A stretch of DNA of 64,000 nt from positions 203,585 through 267,584 of the forward strand of contig CAVSGO010000008.1 of the NCBI GenBank assembly GCA_963727525.1, in the 5' to 3' direction. Positions within the stretch are counted from its first letter, which is position 1. The number at the start of each line of letters is the position of its first letter. The position numbers and the translations under genes are program-made. The notes under the pieces are model-generated. The model saw only the letters and a program-made list of their open reading frames with translations. It did no database searches and was not told the DNA's origin. Below, piece by piece: positions 41,516-57,569 of the stretch. This DNA comes from an uncultured bacterium (GTDB lineage Bacteria > Krumholzibacteriota > Krumholzibacteriia > LZORAL124-64-63).

Positions 41516-41863
41516 TCAGCCGCAGCTCGAGCAGCCGCCGCCGCAGCTGTCGCCGCCGCCCTGCTGGTTCAGTCGCAGCATGTAGCCGCGCTGGTGCTTC
41601 TCGTCGACGAAGTCGATCGTCAGCCCACCGCTCTGCTGCACGACGTCCGAGGTCTGAGGATCGACCAGGAGCTTGTATTCGCCCTGGTCCACGATCATGT
41701 CGTCCTGATGCGGCTCATCCAGAGCCATGCCAAGGGCCGGGCCGCTTCAGCCAAACCCCTGGACGAAGACCCGCACACCCTTGCCGTCGTGCTCCGCGAA
41801 ATCGAAGGCGCCGAAGGCAGTATTGGCGGCGTCGGTCACCTGGATCAATGTGCTCTCGCTCAC
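41516..41863 (-). CDS. HesB-like selenoprotein (UGA at 41749-41747)
   Basis: IQVTDAA...VRVFVQGFG-U-SGPALGMALDEP; two ORFs joined in frame by TGA; SECIS-like GGCUC-UGGAU-GAGCC (41726-41712). Confidence 0.88.
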
Positions 41864-41960
41864 GCGCACCGTCCTGTTTGCTGAACCCGGGCGCCGGCCG
41901 CGGCGTTGCGTCGGCGACCCTGTCTCAATCGAGAGAAACCTAGTCGGCGGACGACGTTTT

Positions 41961-41977
41961 CGCAAGCGCCGTGCCAG
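41961..41977 (-). promoter_or_regulatory. Sigma54 (-24/-12) promoter of the HesB-like gene
   Basis: CTGGCACG-GCGC-TTGCG, near-perfect match to YTGGCACG-N4-TTGCW. Confidence 0.7.
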
Positions 41978-42133
41978 TTGGTGAGAGCGGTTGCAAACTG
42001 CCAATTCCAGGTTGAATGCGAGTTTACTTTCACCTGTTAGCGCCTTAACTTCGGGGTTCGCGACCCCTCGATCGCGGTCCTGCGCCGCTGTGAGGTCACC
42101 TGCGGGCTCCATTTCTACCGAAGAGGGACGAGC

Positions 42134-43354
42134 ATGAGCATCAGCCTGATCGCAAGGGAGCTCAGAGAATCGGCCACCCTGAAGATGAACGAGCGGGTGG
42201 CGATCATGCGCGCCAAGGGCGACCCCGTCATCCACCTCGGCGGCGGCGAACCCAAGAGTCGAGCCCCGATCGACGCCCTCGTGGCCGCGGCCGGCATGCT
42301 CAATTCCGGTGAAGTCCGCTACACCCCGGCTTATGGCACGCCGGAGATGAAGGCCGCGATCATCCGCTACACTGCAGATCACTACGGATACCGGCCGACC
42401 CCGGAGATGGTCATGGCGTCGGGGGGAGCCAAGCAGGCGATCATGTGCGCGCTACAAGCGATCCTCAACCCGCAGGACGAGGTCGTGTTTCCGGCGCCGT
42501 ACTGGGTGAGCTATCCCGAGATGGTGAAGATGTGCGGTGCCATCCCGGTGCCGGCCGCGCCGGTCGACGGTGGCTACGTGCCGCGCATCGAGGACATCAA
42601 GATGCGGCTGTCGTCGAATACCCGCTGCATCATGATCAACAGCCCGAACAATCCGTCGGGCGCCATCTATCCCGAGTCGTTCATCAAGGACGTGGTCGCT
42701 CTCTGTGAAAAGGAGGGCTACTACCTGATCATGGACGACATCTACAACCGCCTCGTCTTCGGCGGCAAGCGCGTGCCCAATCCCATCGCGCTGGCCAGCG
42801 ATTTCGGCAGCGAGCGCTGCAAGATGATCGTCATCAACGGTGTGTCGAAGGTCTACGCCATGACCGGTTTCCGCATCGGGTGGGCCGTGGCGAGCAAGCC
42901 GATCATTGAGACCATGGCGATCATCCAGTCGCACCAGACCAGCGGTCCCTCGGCTCTGCTGCAGAAGGCGGCCGTGGCGGCGATCAACGGTACGCAGAAC
43001 TGCGTGGACAACCTGGTGATGACCCTCGAGAACAACGCCAAGGTCATGGTCGAGCGCCTGCACGCGTTCTCGGGCATCAAGGTGCTCCCGCCGGAGGGTA
43101 CGTTCTACTGCTTCGCCGATTTCTCCGCCTACGAGAAGAACAGCACCAAGCTCGCCGAGTTCTTGCTCGACAAGGTGATGGTGTGCACCGTGCCAGGCAT
43201 CGAGTTCGGCATGGAGGGGCACCTGCGCCTGAGTACCTGCGGGTCGTCGAAGGAGATCATCCAGGGCATCGAGCGCATCAAGTGGGCGCTCGACCTCGAC
43301 TCGCCGAACGAGCTGTACATCGGTGGCCGCAAACTCGTGAGGGACTGGACATGA
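42134..43354 (+). CDS. Class I/II PLP aminotransferase (aspartate aminotransferase-like)
   Basis: GGAKQA, APYWVSY, NSPNNPSG, DDIY, SKVYAMTGFRIGW. Confidence 0.93.
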   Translation: MSISLIARELRESATLKMNERVAIMRAKGDPVIHLGGGEPKSRAPIDALVAAAGMLNSGEVRYTPAYGTPEMKAAIIRYTADHYGYRPTPEMVMASGGAKQAIMCALQAILNPQDEVVFPAPYWVSYPEMVKMCGAIPVPAAPVDGGYVPRIEDIKMRLSSNTRCIMINSPNNPSGAIYPESFIKDVVALCEKEGYYLIMDDIYNRLVFGGKRVPNPIALASDFGSERCKMIVINGVSKVYAMTGFRIGWAVASKPIIETMAIIQSHQTSGPSALLQKAAVAAINGTQNCVDNLVMTLENNAKVMVERLHAFSGIKVLPPEGTFYCFADFSAYEKNSTKLAEFLLDKVMVCTVPGIEFGMEGHLRLSTCGSSKEIIQGIERIKWALDLDSPNELYIGGRKLVRDWT

Positions 43355-45021
43355 CGAAGTACCTGAAGATCGCCTCGCCGGCCCAGTCGCACGCCAAGGA
43401 TCTCGCCAGCGACTTCGGTCTGGACAACCACGGTCTCATGGAGCTGAAGCGCTCGTACTGGAATCTCAGCGAGGAGGCTCTCTACGAGGAGTTCGTCTTC
43501 CGGGGCGAGGGCCATATCGTCAACGGCGGGCCGATGCTGGTGTCCACGGGACAGTGGACCGCGCGTGCGGCCCAGGACAAGTACGTGGTGCGCGAACACG
43601 GGACGGAGGATCGCGTCTGGTGGGGCGAGTACAACCGCCCTCTCGCGCCCGACAAGTTCACCAACCTCTTCGCCCGCGTGCAGAGCTATCTGCAGGGCGA
43701 GGAGGTCTTCGTCCAGGACGTGTACTGCGGCCAGGATACCGAGCACCGGCTCGCCGTGCGCATCATCACGCAGGACGCCTGGCAGAGCCTCTTCGCGCGC
43801 AACATGTTCGTGAAGCCGGTGGCGCGGCAAGAGTACAAGGATTTCGTGCCCGACTTCACGCTGATCGCGGTGCCCCACTTCAAGTGCGATCCGCGCATCG
43901 ACGGCACGCGCACGGCCACCGCCATGGTCATCAACTTCGCCGAGCGCAAGGCGCTGGTGGCGGGATCATTCTACGCGGGTGAGATCAAGAAGACCATCTT
44001 CACGGTGATGAACTTCCTCAAGCCTCTCGACGGCGTGCTGGCCATGCACTGCTCGGCCAACGTCGATTTCGACCTGAAGGAGCCGGCGCTGTTCTTCGGA
44101 CTGTCGGGGACGGGCAAGACGACGCTGTCGGCCGATCCCACGCGCGCCCTCATCGGCGACGACGAGCACGGCTGGTCGGAAAGCGGCATCTTCAACTTCG
44201 AGGGCGGCTGTTACGCGAAGGTGATCCGGCTTTCGTCCGAACACGAGCCGCAGATCCACGCCTGCACGCACCGCTTCGGCACCATCCTCGAGAACGTGGT
44301 GTTCGACCCGTCGACCCGCAAGCTCGACCTCGCCGACGACAAGCTCACCGAGAATACGCGCGCCAGCTATCCGCTCAGCTTCATCGAGGGCGTGCTCGAG
44401 GCCGGCAAGGTGGACGCGCAACCGCGCAACATCATCCTGCTCACCTGCGATGCTCAGGGCGTGATGCCCCCCATCGCGCGCCTGTCGGCGGAGCAGGTGA
44501 TCTACTACTTCATCAGCGGCTACACGGCGAAGATCGCGGGCACCGAGATCGGCCTGGGCATCGAGCCGGAGATCACCTTCAGCGCCTGCTTCGGGGCGCC
44601 GTTCATGGTGCACCACCCGTTCGTCTATGCCGACATGCTGCGCGCGAAGATGGAGGCGGCTGGCGCCCAGTGCTGGCTCGTCAACACCGGCTGGACCGGC
44701 GGGCCCTTCGGTGTGGGGAAGCGCATCTCCATCCGCCACACCCGCGGCATGCTCAACGCGGCGCTCGAGGGCAAGCTCACCAAGGTGAAGTACCGGGAGG
44801 ATCCGCTCTTCGGGTTCCACGTGCCGGCCACCTGCCCGGACGTGCCGGCCGACGTGCTCGAGCCGTCCAACAGCTGGGGCGACAAGAAGGAGTACTGGCA
44901 CCGTTACGATGCCCTGGCCGCCCGCTTCCGCGAGAACTTCAAGCTCTTCACGGACGGCGTGCCGGCCGAGATCATCGCGGCCGGCCCCAAGCGCCTGCGG
45001 GACGTGAAGATCGAGATGTAG
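43351..45021 (+). CDS. pckA: Phosphoenolpyruvate carboxykinase (ATP)
   Basis: YAGEIKK, MHCSAN, FFGLSGTGKTTLSADP, IGDDEHGW, FNFEGGCYAK, TENTR. Confidence 0.97.
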   Translation: MTKYLKIASPAQSHAKDLASDFGLDNHGLMELKRSYWNLSEEALYEEFVFRGEGHIVNGGPMLVSTGQWTARAAQDKYVVREHGTEDRVWWGEYNRPLAPDKFTNLFARVQSYLQGEEVFVQDVYCGQDTEHRLAVRIITQDAWQSLFARNMFVKPVARQEYKDFVPDFTLIAVPHFKCDPRIDGTRTATAMVINFAERKALVAGSFYAGEIKKTIFTVMNFLKPLDGVLAMHCSANVDFDLKEPALFFGLSGTGKTTLSADPTRALIGDDEHGWSESGIFNFEGGCYAKVIRLSSEHEPQIHACTHRFGTILENVVFDPSTRKLDLADDKLTENTRASYPLSFIEGVLEAGKVDAQPRNIILLTCDAQGVMPPIARLSAEQVIYYFISGYTAKIAGTEIGLGIEPEITFSACFGAPFMVHHPFVYADMLRAKMEAAGAQCWLVNTGWTGGPFGVGKRISIRHTRGMLNAALEGKLTKVKYREDPLFGFHVPATCPDVPADVLEPSNSWGDKKEYWHRYDALAARFRENFKLFTDGVPAEIIAAGPKRLRDVKIEM

Positions 45022-45169
45022 TCGGCGCCAGGATCAGGCCCATGACCACGGCCGCGGCTTCCCTGGACGCTGCGGCCGTCTGCATTGGCGGCGCTGGCGC
45101 GGCCGCATGCCGGGTCAAGAGCTGAAGACTTTCGATTTGCGGCCGATGCTGACGGTGGGAGGTACCACC

Positions 45170-46642
45170 ATGACATCGGCCGATGTCTTTGCCCAGATCG
45201 AGACCATGGGCGGGTTGCCCAGCCTGCCTCGCACCTTGCTTTCCATCCAGCACGTGGCCAGCGACGAGCGGTCGAGCGCCGGGGACCTCGCGGCCTGCAT
45301 CCGCGAGGACCATGCGCTCACCATGCGGGTGCTGAAGATGGTCAACAGCGTCATGTACCGGCGACGCGACGTGGAGCCGGTGCGCACGGTGCATCGCGCG
45401 GTCATCGTCATGGGTTTCGAGACGGTGCGCAAGCTCGCGCTGGGTCTCTCGGTGTTCGACATGATGAGCAAGTATTCCCGCTCGCCGCTGCTGGCCGATA
45501 TCGCGCGGCACTCGCTGGTGACGGCCGGGCTCGCGCAGATCCTGGCCGAGGCGTCTCGACGCTTGCCGCCGGAGGAGGCCTTCGTGGCCGGCCTCGTGCA
45601 CGACATCGGCAAGGTTGTGCTCATCGAGTGTTCGCCGGTCGCGATGGACGCCGTGCAAACCGACATCCGCTCGGGCATGTCACCGCTCACCGCCGAGCGC
45701 CGCCACTTCGGGATCACGCACGATCGTGCCGGCCGCCGGCTCGCCGCGCAGTGGCAGCTCCCGCAGGATCTGCAAAACCTCATCGGTGACCACCACGACG
45801 TCGATCCCGAGGCGCCGCCGCGCCGGCTGGACGGCGTGCTCGCCATCACGGCCTATGCCAACGCGATCGCCCACTTCGACGACCCGCGCACCTCGCCGCC
45901 GCGCAACACTGCAATCCTGCGTCAGGCCATGCGGGTGCTCGGGATCCCGGCAGGGCGGCAGGAGGAGCTCTACCGCGCCATGGCGGCCGAGGTGCAGGAC
46001 CTGTCGAGCCGGATCGGTGTGGAGGCGGGCGACCTCGCGGCTTATCACGAGGTGGTCAACGCCGACGGGAGCGCATCCGTGGCGCCACCGCGCCTCTCCG
46101 AGCCGGAGCTGGCACGGCGTACGGCCGACCAGCTCGCGCTCTACCGGCGCGTGGGCCAGGGAATGGCCAACGGCGACGACGCGGAGGTACTGGTGCCTCT
46201 GGTGCTGACGGGCGTCGTCGATATCCTCGGTTTCGAGCGCGCCGTGCTGCTGCGCACCGACCGCGGCCAGCACCGGCTCGCGCCCGTGGCGGCGGCCGGT
46301 CCCGGCGGCGACGATCTCGCGCCGCATCTGGCGTTGCCGTTGCGGGGCGACACGGGGGCACTCGCCCTCGCGGTGTTCGAGCGTCGCGCGTTACACGTGC
46401 CCGATGCCCGTAGCAGTGCCTACGGGAATCTGGTGGGTGACGCCCTGCTCACTGCGGCCGGATGTCGCGGCTTCGCCGTGGCGCCCATTTTCGCTTCCGG
46501 GCATGTGATCGCCGTGCTCTACGGCGACGGCGGTCGCGACGGCGCAGACATCAGCGCCGAACAGGCCGCCGAGCTCGACGGCCTGGCCGGGCAGCTCGGT
46601 CTGATCCTGGGACTGGGCGCTGTACCTGTGGAACGCTGCTAG
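45170..46642 (+). CDS. HDOD + GAF domain protein
   Basis: LPSLP, AGLVHDIGK; C-terminal GAF-like FAVAPI...VLYGD. Confidence 0.85.
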   Translation: MTSADVFAQIETMGGLPSLPRTLLSIQHVASDERSSAGDLAACIREDHALTMRVLKMVNSVMYRRRDVEPVRTVHRAVIVMGFETVRKLALGLSVFDMMSKYSRSPLLADIARHSLVTAGLAQILAEASRRLPPEEAFVAGLVHDIGKVVLIECSPVAMDAVQTDIRSGMSPLTAERRHFGITHDRAGRRLAAQWQLPQDLQNLIGDHHDVDPEAPPRRLDGVLAITAYANAIAHFDDPRTSPPRNTAILRQAMRVLGIPAGRQEELYRAMAAEVQDLSSRIGVEAGDLAAYHEVVNADGSASVAPPRLSEPELARRTADQLALYRRVGQGMANGDDAEVLVPLVLTGVVDILGFERAVLLRTDRGQHRLAPVAAAGPGGDDLAPHLALPLRGDTGALALAVFERRALHVPDARSSAYGNLVGDALLTAAGCRGFAVAPIFASGHVIAVLYGDGGRDGADISAEQAAELDGLAGQLGLILGLGAVPVERC

Positions 46643-47223
46643 CCGCTGAGGTCGTCGGCAAGCTCCTGGCGGGTCGCCTCGCCGAGCACGGCCTGGGCCT
46701 GGTAGCCGGGATGGTCGATCACGACGCGCACCACGGCTCCCTGCTGCCGCACGAGGTCTTGTCGGACCTCGTCGAGGGTCCAGCGCACGTATTGCACCGC
46801 CGACACGCGCGTGTGCGTGACCTGCGCCCCGTCGAAGACGGCACGCAGGGGCGGCGTGTCGCCGACCTGCAACCAGAGATGCGCGTCGATGCCCACGAGC
46901 TCCCGGAGGGAGTGGTCACGCTCCGCAGGCGTCTCGTACTCGAGCATGAGCGTTGCCGTCAGTTCGCCGTCGGCCGGCACGAGTGGATTGTAGGCTTCCA
47001 GTTCGTCCGCGATGGCGCCGGCGCGTTCCCAGCTGCCTTCCGCCCGCAACATCTCGTGGATCTGGTAGATCATCGTATCGCGCGTCTCGAAGTGCAGGGT
47101 CGCGTGATCGCCGAGGGCCACGCGCCGCCTGTTCTTCATCACCATGATGTGTCTGCGGGTGGTGTCGCGATCGCGCTGGTACGCGTCGCGATCCAGGATG
47201 TCGTCGCGGGTGATGCGCTTCAT
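46639..47223 (-). CDS. DUF3501 family protein
   Basis: [38 protein letters not shown]. Confidence 0.9.
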   Translation of the reverse strand: MKRITRDDILDRDAYQRDRDTTRRHIMVMKNRRRVALGDHATLHFETRDTMIYQIHEMLRAEGSWERAGAIADELEAYNPLVPADGELTATLMLEYETPAERDHSLRELVGIDAHLWLQVGDTPPLRAVFDGAQVTHTRVSAVQYVRWTLDEVRQDLVRQQGAVVRVVIDHPGYQAQAVLGEATRQELADDLSG

Positions 47224-48584
47224 GTCTCTCCTTCCAGGATCCGGTGCGCGAACCCATCGGGGCGGTACGCCCGGGCGAGGATCTCGATGGGGTGCAGAAC
47301 CTTGCGGCCACAGGCCTGCTCGAACTGGATCGCGGCCAGCGGACAGTCGGTGGTCCAGATCTCGGCATCCACCTCGCGCATGCCGTCGAAGGCCTTCTGT
47401 CCGTTACGCATGGCCAGGTGGAAGTACTCCTTCTTCATGGCCCAGGTGCCGTCGTGGCCGCAGCATTCGGAGACCGCGCGCGGCTTCACGCCGGGGATGC
47501 GACGCATGAGATCGCGCCCGCGAAAGCCGACGTTCTGCATGCGCAGGTGGCAAGGGGCGTGGTAGGCCACCGGACCCTGGGGCGAGCTCCGGAAGTCTTC
47601 CTTGAAGTGGCCGTCCTGGCGTAGCTCGTGCAGGTACTCGCTGATATCTCGCGTGGCGGCCGCCACGGCGCGCGCGGCGACGGCCAGATCGGGATCGGCG
47701 GGATCGTCGAGCAGCTCCGGATACTCCTGGCGCATCATCAGACTGCACGTGGGATTGATGACGGCGATCTTGTAGCCACGCGCCACGTACAGTTGCAGGG
47801 CGCGCACGTTGTGCTCGGCCTTGCGCCGCGCGAGCTTCAGGTCGCCGCTGTCGAGTGCGGGCATCCCGCAGCACTGCACCGAGGGGCACGCGATCTTGCA
47901 GTCGTTGTGCTGCAGAACAGCGAACGCCGCCTCTCCGACCGCCGGATTGTTGTAGGTGACGAAGCAGGTGGCGAAGAGCACCACCGGGTGCCGCCCGGTG
48001 GCCGTCTCCTCGCGTCCTCCCGTCTGCTTGCGGAACCACTGGTCGAAGGTGGTGCTCGCGAAGCGGGGCAGCAGCTTGTCGCGATGGATGCCGCCGGCCT
48101 TCTCCATCACGATGCGGTGCGGCCGCAACCTGTGCGCCCAGTTGGCCAGGCCCGCGGTGCGTGAGGCGAGGTGGCCCACCCGGTCGGGATCGGCGAGCAA
48201 GCGCTCACGCAAGGGGATTCCCTCCTGCTCGCGGCGCTGCGCCCTGGCGCGAAGCATGAGGCGCGGGAAGTCGAGCTTGAACTCGTGACCCTCGGCCTCG
48301 GTATAGGGGCACTGCGTGTAGCATAGCTTGCATTGGAAACACTCGTTGACCACGCGGTTCTTCGTGGCCGTCGGCAGTGCGCGCACGCTGCCGTGGGTGT
48401 CCACGGCGTCGAAGAGCGTGGGAAACGACTGGCAGTACTTGAAGCACATGCGGCAGCTGTGGCACAGCTCGAAGCTGCGCTCCAACTCCCCGGCGAGGGC
48501 CGACTCATCCCAGTACAGCGGATCGTTCGGATTGTACGTGAGTCCGTCGGTGGGATGGAAACGGATGTCGTCACGATCTGCCAT
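47220..48584 (-). CDS. Fe-S oxidoreductase (GlpC/HdrD-like, CCG domains)
   Basis: [41 protein letters not shown]. Confidence 0.9.
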   Translation of the reverse strand: MADRDDIRFHPTDGLTYNPNDPLYWDESALAGELERSFELCHSCRMCFKYCQSFPTLFDAVDTHGSVRALPTATKNRVVNECFQCKLCYTQCPYTEAEGHEFKLDFPRLMLRARAQRREQEGIPLRERLLADPDRVGHLASRTAGLANWAHRLRPHRIVMEKAGGIHRDKLLPRFASTTFDQWFRKQTGGREETATGRHPVVLFATCFVTYNNPAVGEAAFAVLQHNDCKIACPSVQCCGMPALDSGDLKLARRKAEHNVRALQLYVARGYKIAVINPTCSLMMRQEYPELLDDPADPDLAVAARAVAAATRDISEYLHELRQDGHFKEDFRSSPQGPVAYHAPCHLRMQNVGFRGRDLMRRIPGVKPRAVSECCGHDGTWAMKKEYFHLAMRNGQKAFDGMREVDAEIWTTDCPLAAIQFEQACGRKVLHPIEILARAYRPDGFAHRILEGET

Positions 48585-48652
48585 CAAGGTCCCCCCCGGC
48601 CGCGAGCGTCGGCGGCGGCCCGTGACGAGCCGCCGCCTCGACGCGGTGGTGT

Positions 48653-49069
<417 letters not shown>

Positions 49070-49110
49070 GGTTCTCTCCCCTTCCGTTGCAACCGGTTAC
49101 AGTCCAAAAT

Positions 49111-49146
49111 TTAGACGTATTCTGATGGTGGAGTCCTCGCTGTCAA
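49111..49146 (-). promoter_or_regulatory. Sigma70 promoter overlapped by a PerR/Fur-like box
   Basis: Minus strand TTGACA-N16-CAGAAT; imperfect palindrome TTAGACG-T-ATTCTGA at 49111-49125. Confidence 0.55.
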
Positions 49147-49156
49147 TACTCGATTT

Positions 49157-50533
<1,377 letters not shown>

Positions 50534-50655
50534 GGCAACTCCCAGCGTCGGGGAACGGGTCGGGGGCGAGACGACAAGGCGCACAGGCTAGCCACGGGGC
50601 GCGTGGGGGGCAAGGTGCCGGCCCGCGGGGGGCGCGGGCCGGCATACCCGGTGGT

Positions 50656-51837
50656 TCAGCGGATGTAGAGCACCTCGAGCTGGGGCCGCATATCGGCGCT
50701 CGGCGCGCTGGCCGTGCGGTAGTACGACGTCCGGTAGCCCGGCGAGTCGAGCCGAAGGCTCAGAACCTGGTCGGATCCGAGCTGATTCGCCACGAGGTCC
50801 ATGAGTTCGGTGGTCTGGATCGTGCCCGTATGGTCCACCGGCGTACCATTGTACCAGAGCCACCAGTGCCCCACGTTGCTGGGCGACGCCGATGGCTGGT
50901 TGTTCCAGGTGATCGCGTCGCCACTCCAGGCATCGTCGGACACGTAGCGAGCGTAGACATTGCCGTCGCCGCCAAAGGCGAAGCCATTGCCGGCCGTGGC
51001 CCGCAGCACGGCGTACTGGAGCTGCGCGTCCTGCGGCAGGGGGGACAGGTCGAACTTCAGGAACGTGTCCTTGGAGTCGCTGGTCGAGTAGTGGGGCGCG
51101 ACCTCGAGCCAGTCCGTGCCGGCCGTGTTCGTACTCGGGTTCGCGGCATCGGTCCAGCCTGCGTCACTCGGGTCCAGGACGATGCGCGTGCCCATCACGG
51201 TCGTCAGCTCCAGGCCCGGGCGGACGGCGACATCACCGGCCTCATCGGAGTAGAAGACGGCGCTGCCTGATCCGGACTGCGACAGCCGGAGCGTGAGCTT
51301 GCGGTTGCCGCGCAGCCAGTCGTCGTTCGCTTTCGTGGCGGCGCCCGCGCTCGCGAACGTGACGTCGCGGTTGCCCGACGTGAGGTCGCCCACGTCGAAC
51401 GTGCCCAGGCTCTCGGCGCCGGAGTCGCTGGGGAGATTGTCGCCGGCGATGTCGGCCTCCGACCAGCCGTCGTCGGAGATCCAGGCGACGGTCACGCGGG
51501 TGCCGCTCGTGGCGCCCAGGCTCGAGGTCTGGGTGAGGTGCAGGGTCGTGCCCGTGACCACGGCGTCGGTGGCCAGGCCACTGAGATCGAATTGCAGGTA
51601 TGTCGTCGTGGTGTTGCCCACCTGGAGCGTGCCCTCCTGGCCGTAGGTGCCGGCGGGGGTGCTCGTGCTGACATAGGCATCGTGGCTGGCACGGATACCG
51701 TTGCCGCCGTTGTCGTTGCTGTCGCCGGGCGCCGTGGGGTCGTTGGTGCTGCTGCAACCCGCCATGGCGAGGGTGAGGGCCGCTAGCAGACTCAGCGTGA
51801 GCGTGGTGGCGCGTCGAGACTTCACAGTCGCGGTCAT
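50656..51837 (-). CDS. Lipoprotein with two DNRLRE/CBM96-like domains
   Basis: MAGC lipobox; duplicated DA.V...YL.FDLS...W...I.W...RP.LE pattern. Confidence 0.75.
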   Translation of the reverse strand: MTATVKSRRATTLTLSLLAALTLAMAGCSSTNDPTAPGDSNDNGGNGIRASHDAYVSTSTPAGTYGQEGTLQVGNTTTTYLQFDLSGLATDAVVTGTTLHLTQTSSLGATSGTRVTVAWISDDGWSEADIAGDNLPSDSGAESLGTFDVGDLTSGNRDVTFASAGAATKANDDWLRGNRKLTLRLSQSGSGSAVFYSDEAGDVAVRPGLELTTVMGTRIVLDPSDAGWTDAANPSTNTAGTDWLEVAPHYSTSDSKDTFLKFDLSPLPQDAQLQYAVLRATAGNGFAFGGDGNVYARYVSDDAWSGDAITWNNQPSASPSNVGHWWLWYNGTPVDHTGTIQTTELMDLVANQLGSDQVLSLRLDSPGYRTSYYRTASAPSADMRPQLEVLYIR

Positions 51838-51910
51838 CTTCGGGTTCTCCTCGGGATTGCGTGTGTTCAGGGTCGTTGTTGCCCCCTGACGCACGAAACC
51901 GGAGGAAAAC

Positions 51911-51946
51911 CGATCAATGAAAATCACGCGACGCCACGCGCGCCGG
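51911..51946. repeat. Direct-repeat copy of the dnaE2 3' end
   Basis: CGATCAATGAAAATCACGCGACGCCAC identical to 54405-54431; 34/36 when extended. Confidence 0.9.
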
Positions 51947-51972
51947 GCCGCCGGTTTGCGACCTCTCCCACC

Positions 51973-54321
51973 TCATCGTGGCTGGCTATCGAGCAGGGAA
52001 CTCTGGATAGCGAGGGCCCGGTTATCGGGGTCGAGCTCGCGCGCGCGTGCCAGAGCCCGCCGAGCCGGCTCGATGTGGTTCCTATCCAGGCAGATGGCCA
52101 CGACCAACGCCCACAATTCGGCGTCGGGCCGCGGGTCCGGCTCGCCGTCGAGTTCGCCGACGATGTCGAGCGCACGGGTGGCCACACCGAGGGTATGATC
52201 GGCCCGCAGCAACAAGATCGTCGCAGCGTCATCGAGGGCGGGCCACGCTGGCGCGAGCAGCCGTTGCACGCGCTCCGGCCGCTCGGCCTGAAGACACGCC
52301 AGGCATAGAAGAAGGCGCCGAGCCTCGGTGGGGGCCTCGCGATAGTCCGCAGCAAGGCTGTCGGCGACCACCGCGTGGTCGCCATCGATCCAGTTCGGCA
52401 AGAGAGCGAGGACCGCCTCGGCATCGGCGAGCGTATGGGCATTCGTCCGCCGCGCGCGCACGACCCGGGTCGGAGTCATCCGCGACACGTCGAGCTGCAC
52501 GGCCTCGCTCCGCTTGCCGTCCCGCAAGTCCTTTGCGACCTCGAGCATCGGCGCGACTCGCGCATCGCCCGGCATGAGCGTGGCCGCACGGACGAAGCTC
52601 GACTCGGCCTCGGCGTAGCGGCGGCTGTTGAGCAGCACGAGGCCAGTGTTGTAGGCGACGAGGCCCGACGCTGGTGCCAGATCGCGCGCGCGAGCGAGCG
52701 AAGAGAGTGCCGCGTCGAAGGAGTCGCAGCGCGCTTCCGCGATACCTCGCAGGTCCCAGCCCTTGACCGAGGTCGAGTCGAGCGCGACGTGTCGAGCGAG
52801 GGTCGTGGCGGCCGACCGGTCGTCGCCCATTTGCAACTGCGCGAGCCCGAGGTTCAGGACCACCAGCGCCTTGGCCGGGCTCGTGGCTGGTAGTGCGGCG
52901 TCGCACGCCGCGAGGTCAGCGCGGGCGTCGGCGGTGTACCCGGCCAGAAGGCGCATCCGGCCGCGGATTCCGCGGGCCGCGGTCTCGTGGAGGTGGCGCG
53001 CGATGCACGCCGAGAGACCGTCGTGCGCGGCTTGCCACAGGCGATCTCGCTCGGCACCGGGTGCGGAGACTTCCCAGTCGATGGCCCGGCCGGCGGCATA
53101 CCCGAAAAGGCTGCCACTCGTGAAGAACAGCCGGTAGCCGAGCTGGAATGGCCCATCGGTCCCGTCGAAACCGAGGATCGTCGCGGGGCCGCCATAGGCA
53201 TCGCTCGGGAAGTAGACGCAGAACGGATGATAGATGCTCGCGGCCGAGAAACACCGGCCGGCGCGCTCACGGTCATGCGCGGCCTCGAAAATGAACCCCT
53301 GGTCCTGCCAGAAGCGCGCGGCGAGTCCGGCAGGGTAGGCAACCCAGGGGCGCAGTCCGCGCAGTCGCCGCTCAGCTTCGGCGGGGCGGCCATCGGCGAT
53401 GTCGCTCCAGGCGAGAACCCACCGCGCCATGAAGTCCGAATCGACGAGCAGCCAGCCATGCTTGTTGAGCTTCCGCCGATCGCTGCTCTGGCGGCTGGTC
53501 ATCACGTGCGCGAGGCGCCCCGCGATCTCGTGTGCCTCGACCCAGTCGCCTCGCTCGGCATGGACGAGCCCACGCACCAGAAGAGCTTCCTGGCGCAACG
53601 CCTTGTCGATCCGCCCCGGTTCGCGGCCGAGGCTGTCGAGCTCGGCGAGGCAGGCCTCGTGGTCGCCGCGTTCGCGCGCGAGCCAGGCCAGGTCGAGCCG
53701 CGCGCGGTGCCGCCAACCCGCGTATCGCGGGCGGGCGCCATCACTCGCGCGCAACAGCTGTTCGAGGCTGCGCTGCTGGGCCGAGCGGTCGCCGGCCGTA
53801 CCCTGCATGAAGGCGAAATTGCGCCAAGCGTCGACGTTCGTCGGGTCGGTTCCCACTGCCTGGGTCAGGTGGTGCAGGCTGCGGGTGACCGCGTCGTTGC
53901 TGCCGACCGGCGGCGGGCTGTCTGGGCTCAGGACCGGGACCATGCCATCGCGGCCCTGGAGCCAGATCCGATTCGCGGGATCCAGCACCGCGATGCGCCC
54001 ACGGCGGGCCAGATCGGCGGCAGCGCGGCGTCGGGCCTCCTGCTCGGCCCTCGGCCGCTGGGCGAACTCGCGCTGGCCGAGCGAGTCCCACTCCGCCGCG
54101 TAGCGCGACGCCTCGCGGTAGGCGCGCACCGGATCGGCGATGCGGTAGTTGTTGAAGTAGAGGAACGTCCTGATGGCGGCGAGCGTGCGGCGGGGCAGCC
54201 GCCAGTCCACGACATTCCAGTCGACGTCGTCGTTGCTGGCGTCGGTCTCGATCGGCAGTTCCTGGCTGCAAGCCGTGATGACCGTCATGAGCAGGATCCA
54301 GGCTAACACCGGATGCCGCAT
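51973..54321 (-). CDS. TPR-repeat lipoprotein
   Basis: ITAC lipobox, multiple TPR-like repeats (AWRNFA, VLNLGLA, AYNTGLV). Confidence 0.8.
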   Translation of the reverse strand: MRHPVLAWILLMTVITACSQELPIETDASNDDVDWNVVDWRLPRRTLAAIRTFLYFNNYRIADPVRAYREASRYAAEWDSLGQREFAQRPRAEQEARRRAAADLARRGRIAVLDPANRIWLQGRDGMVPVLSPDSPPPVGSNDAVTRSLHHLTQAVGTDPTNVDAWRNFAFMQGTAGDRSAQQRSLEQLLRASDGARPRYAGWRHRARLDLAWLARERGDHEACLAELDSLGREPGRIDKALRQEALLVRGLVHAERGDWVEAHEIAGRLAHVMTSRQSSDRRKLNKHGWLLVDSDFMARWVLAWSDIADGRPAEAERRLRGLRPWVAYPAGLAARFWQDQGFIFEAAHDRERAGRCFSAASIYHPFCVYFPSDAYGGPATILGFDGTDGPFQLGYRLFFTSGSLFGYAAGRAIDWEVSAPGAERDRLWQAAHDGLSACIARHLHETAARGIRGRMRLLAGYTADARADLAACDAALPATSPAKALVVLNLGLAQLQMGDDRSAATTLARHVALDSTSVKGWDLRGIAEARCDSFDAALSSLARARDLAPASGLVAYNTGLVLLNSRRYAEAESSFVRAATLMPGDARVAPMLEVAKDLRDGKRSEAVQLDVSRMTPTRVVRARRTNAHTLADAEAVLALLPNWIDGDHAVVADSLAADYREAPTEARRLLLCLACLQAERPERVQRLLAPAWPALDDAATILLLRADHTLGVATRALDIVGELDGEPDPRPDAELWALVVAICLDRNHIEPARRALARARELDPDNRALAIQSSLLDSQPR

Positions 54322-54407
54322 GCCGCGCTCCCCTCGTTGGGTTTTCTTCGGGAGGATATCGATACGTTACGGAACACGCGGTCCAGGGGAAAGTCAGCCC
54401 CTGACGA

Positions 54408-57569
<3,162 letters not shown>

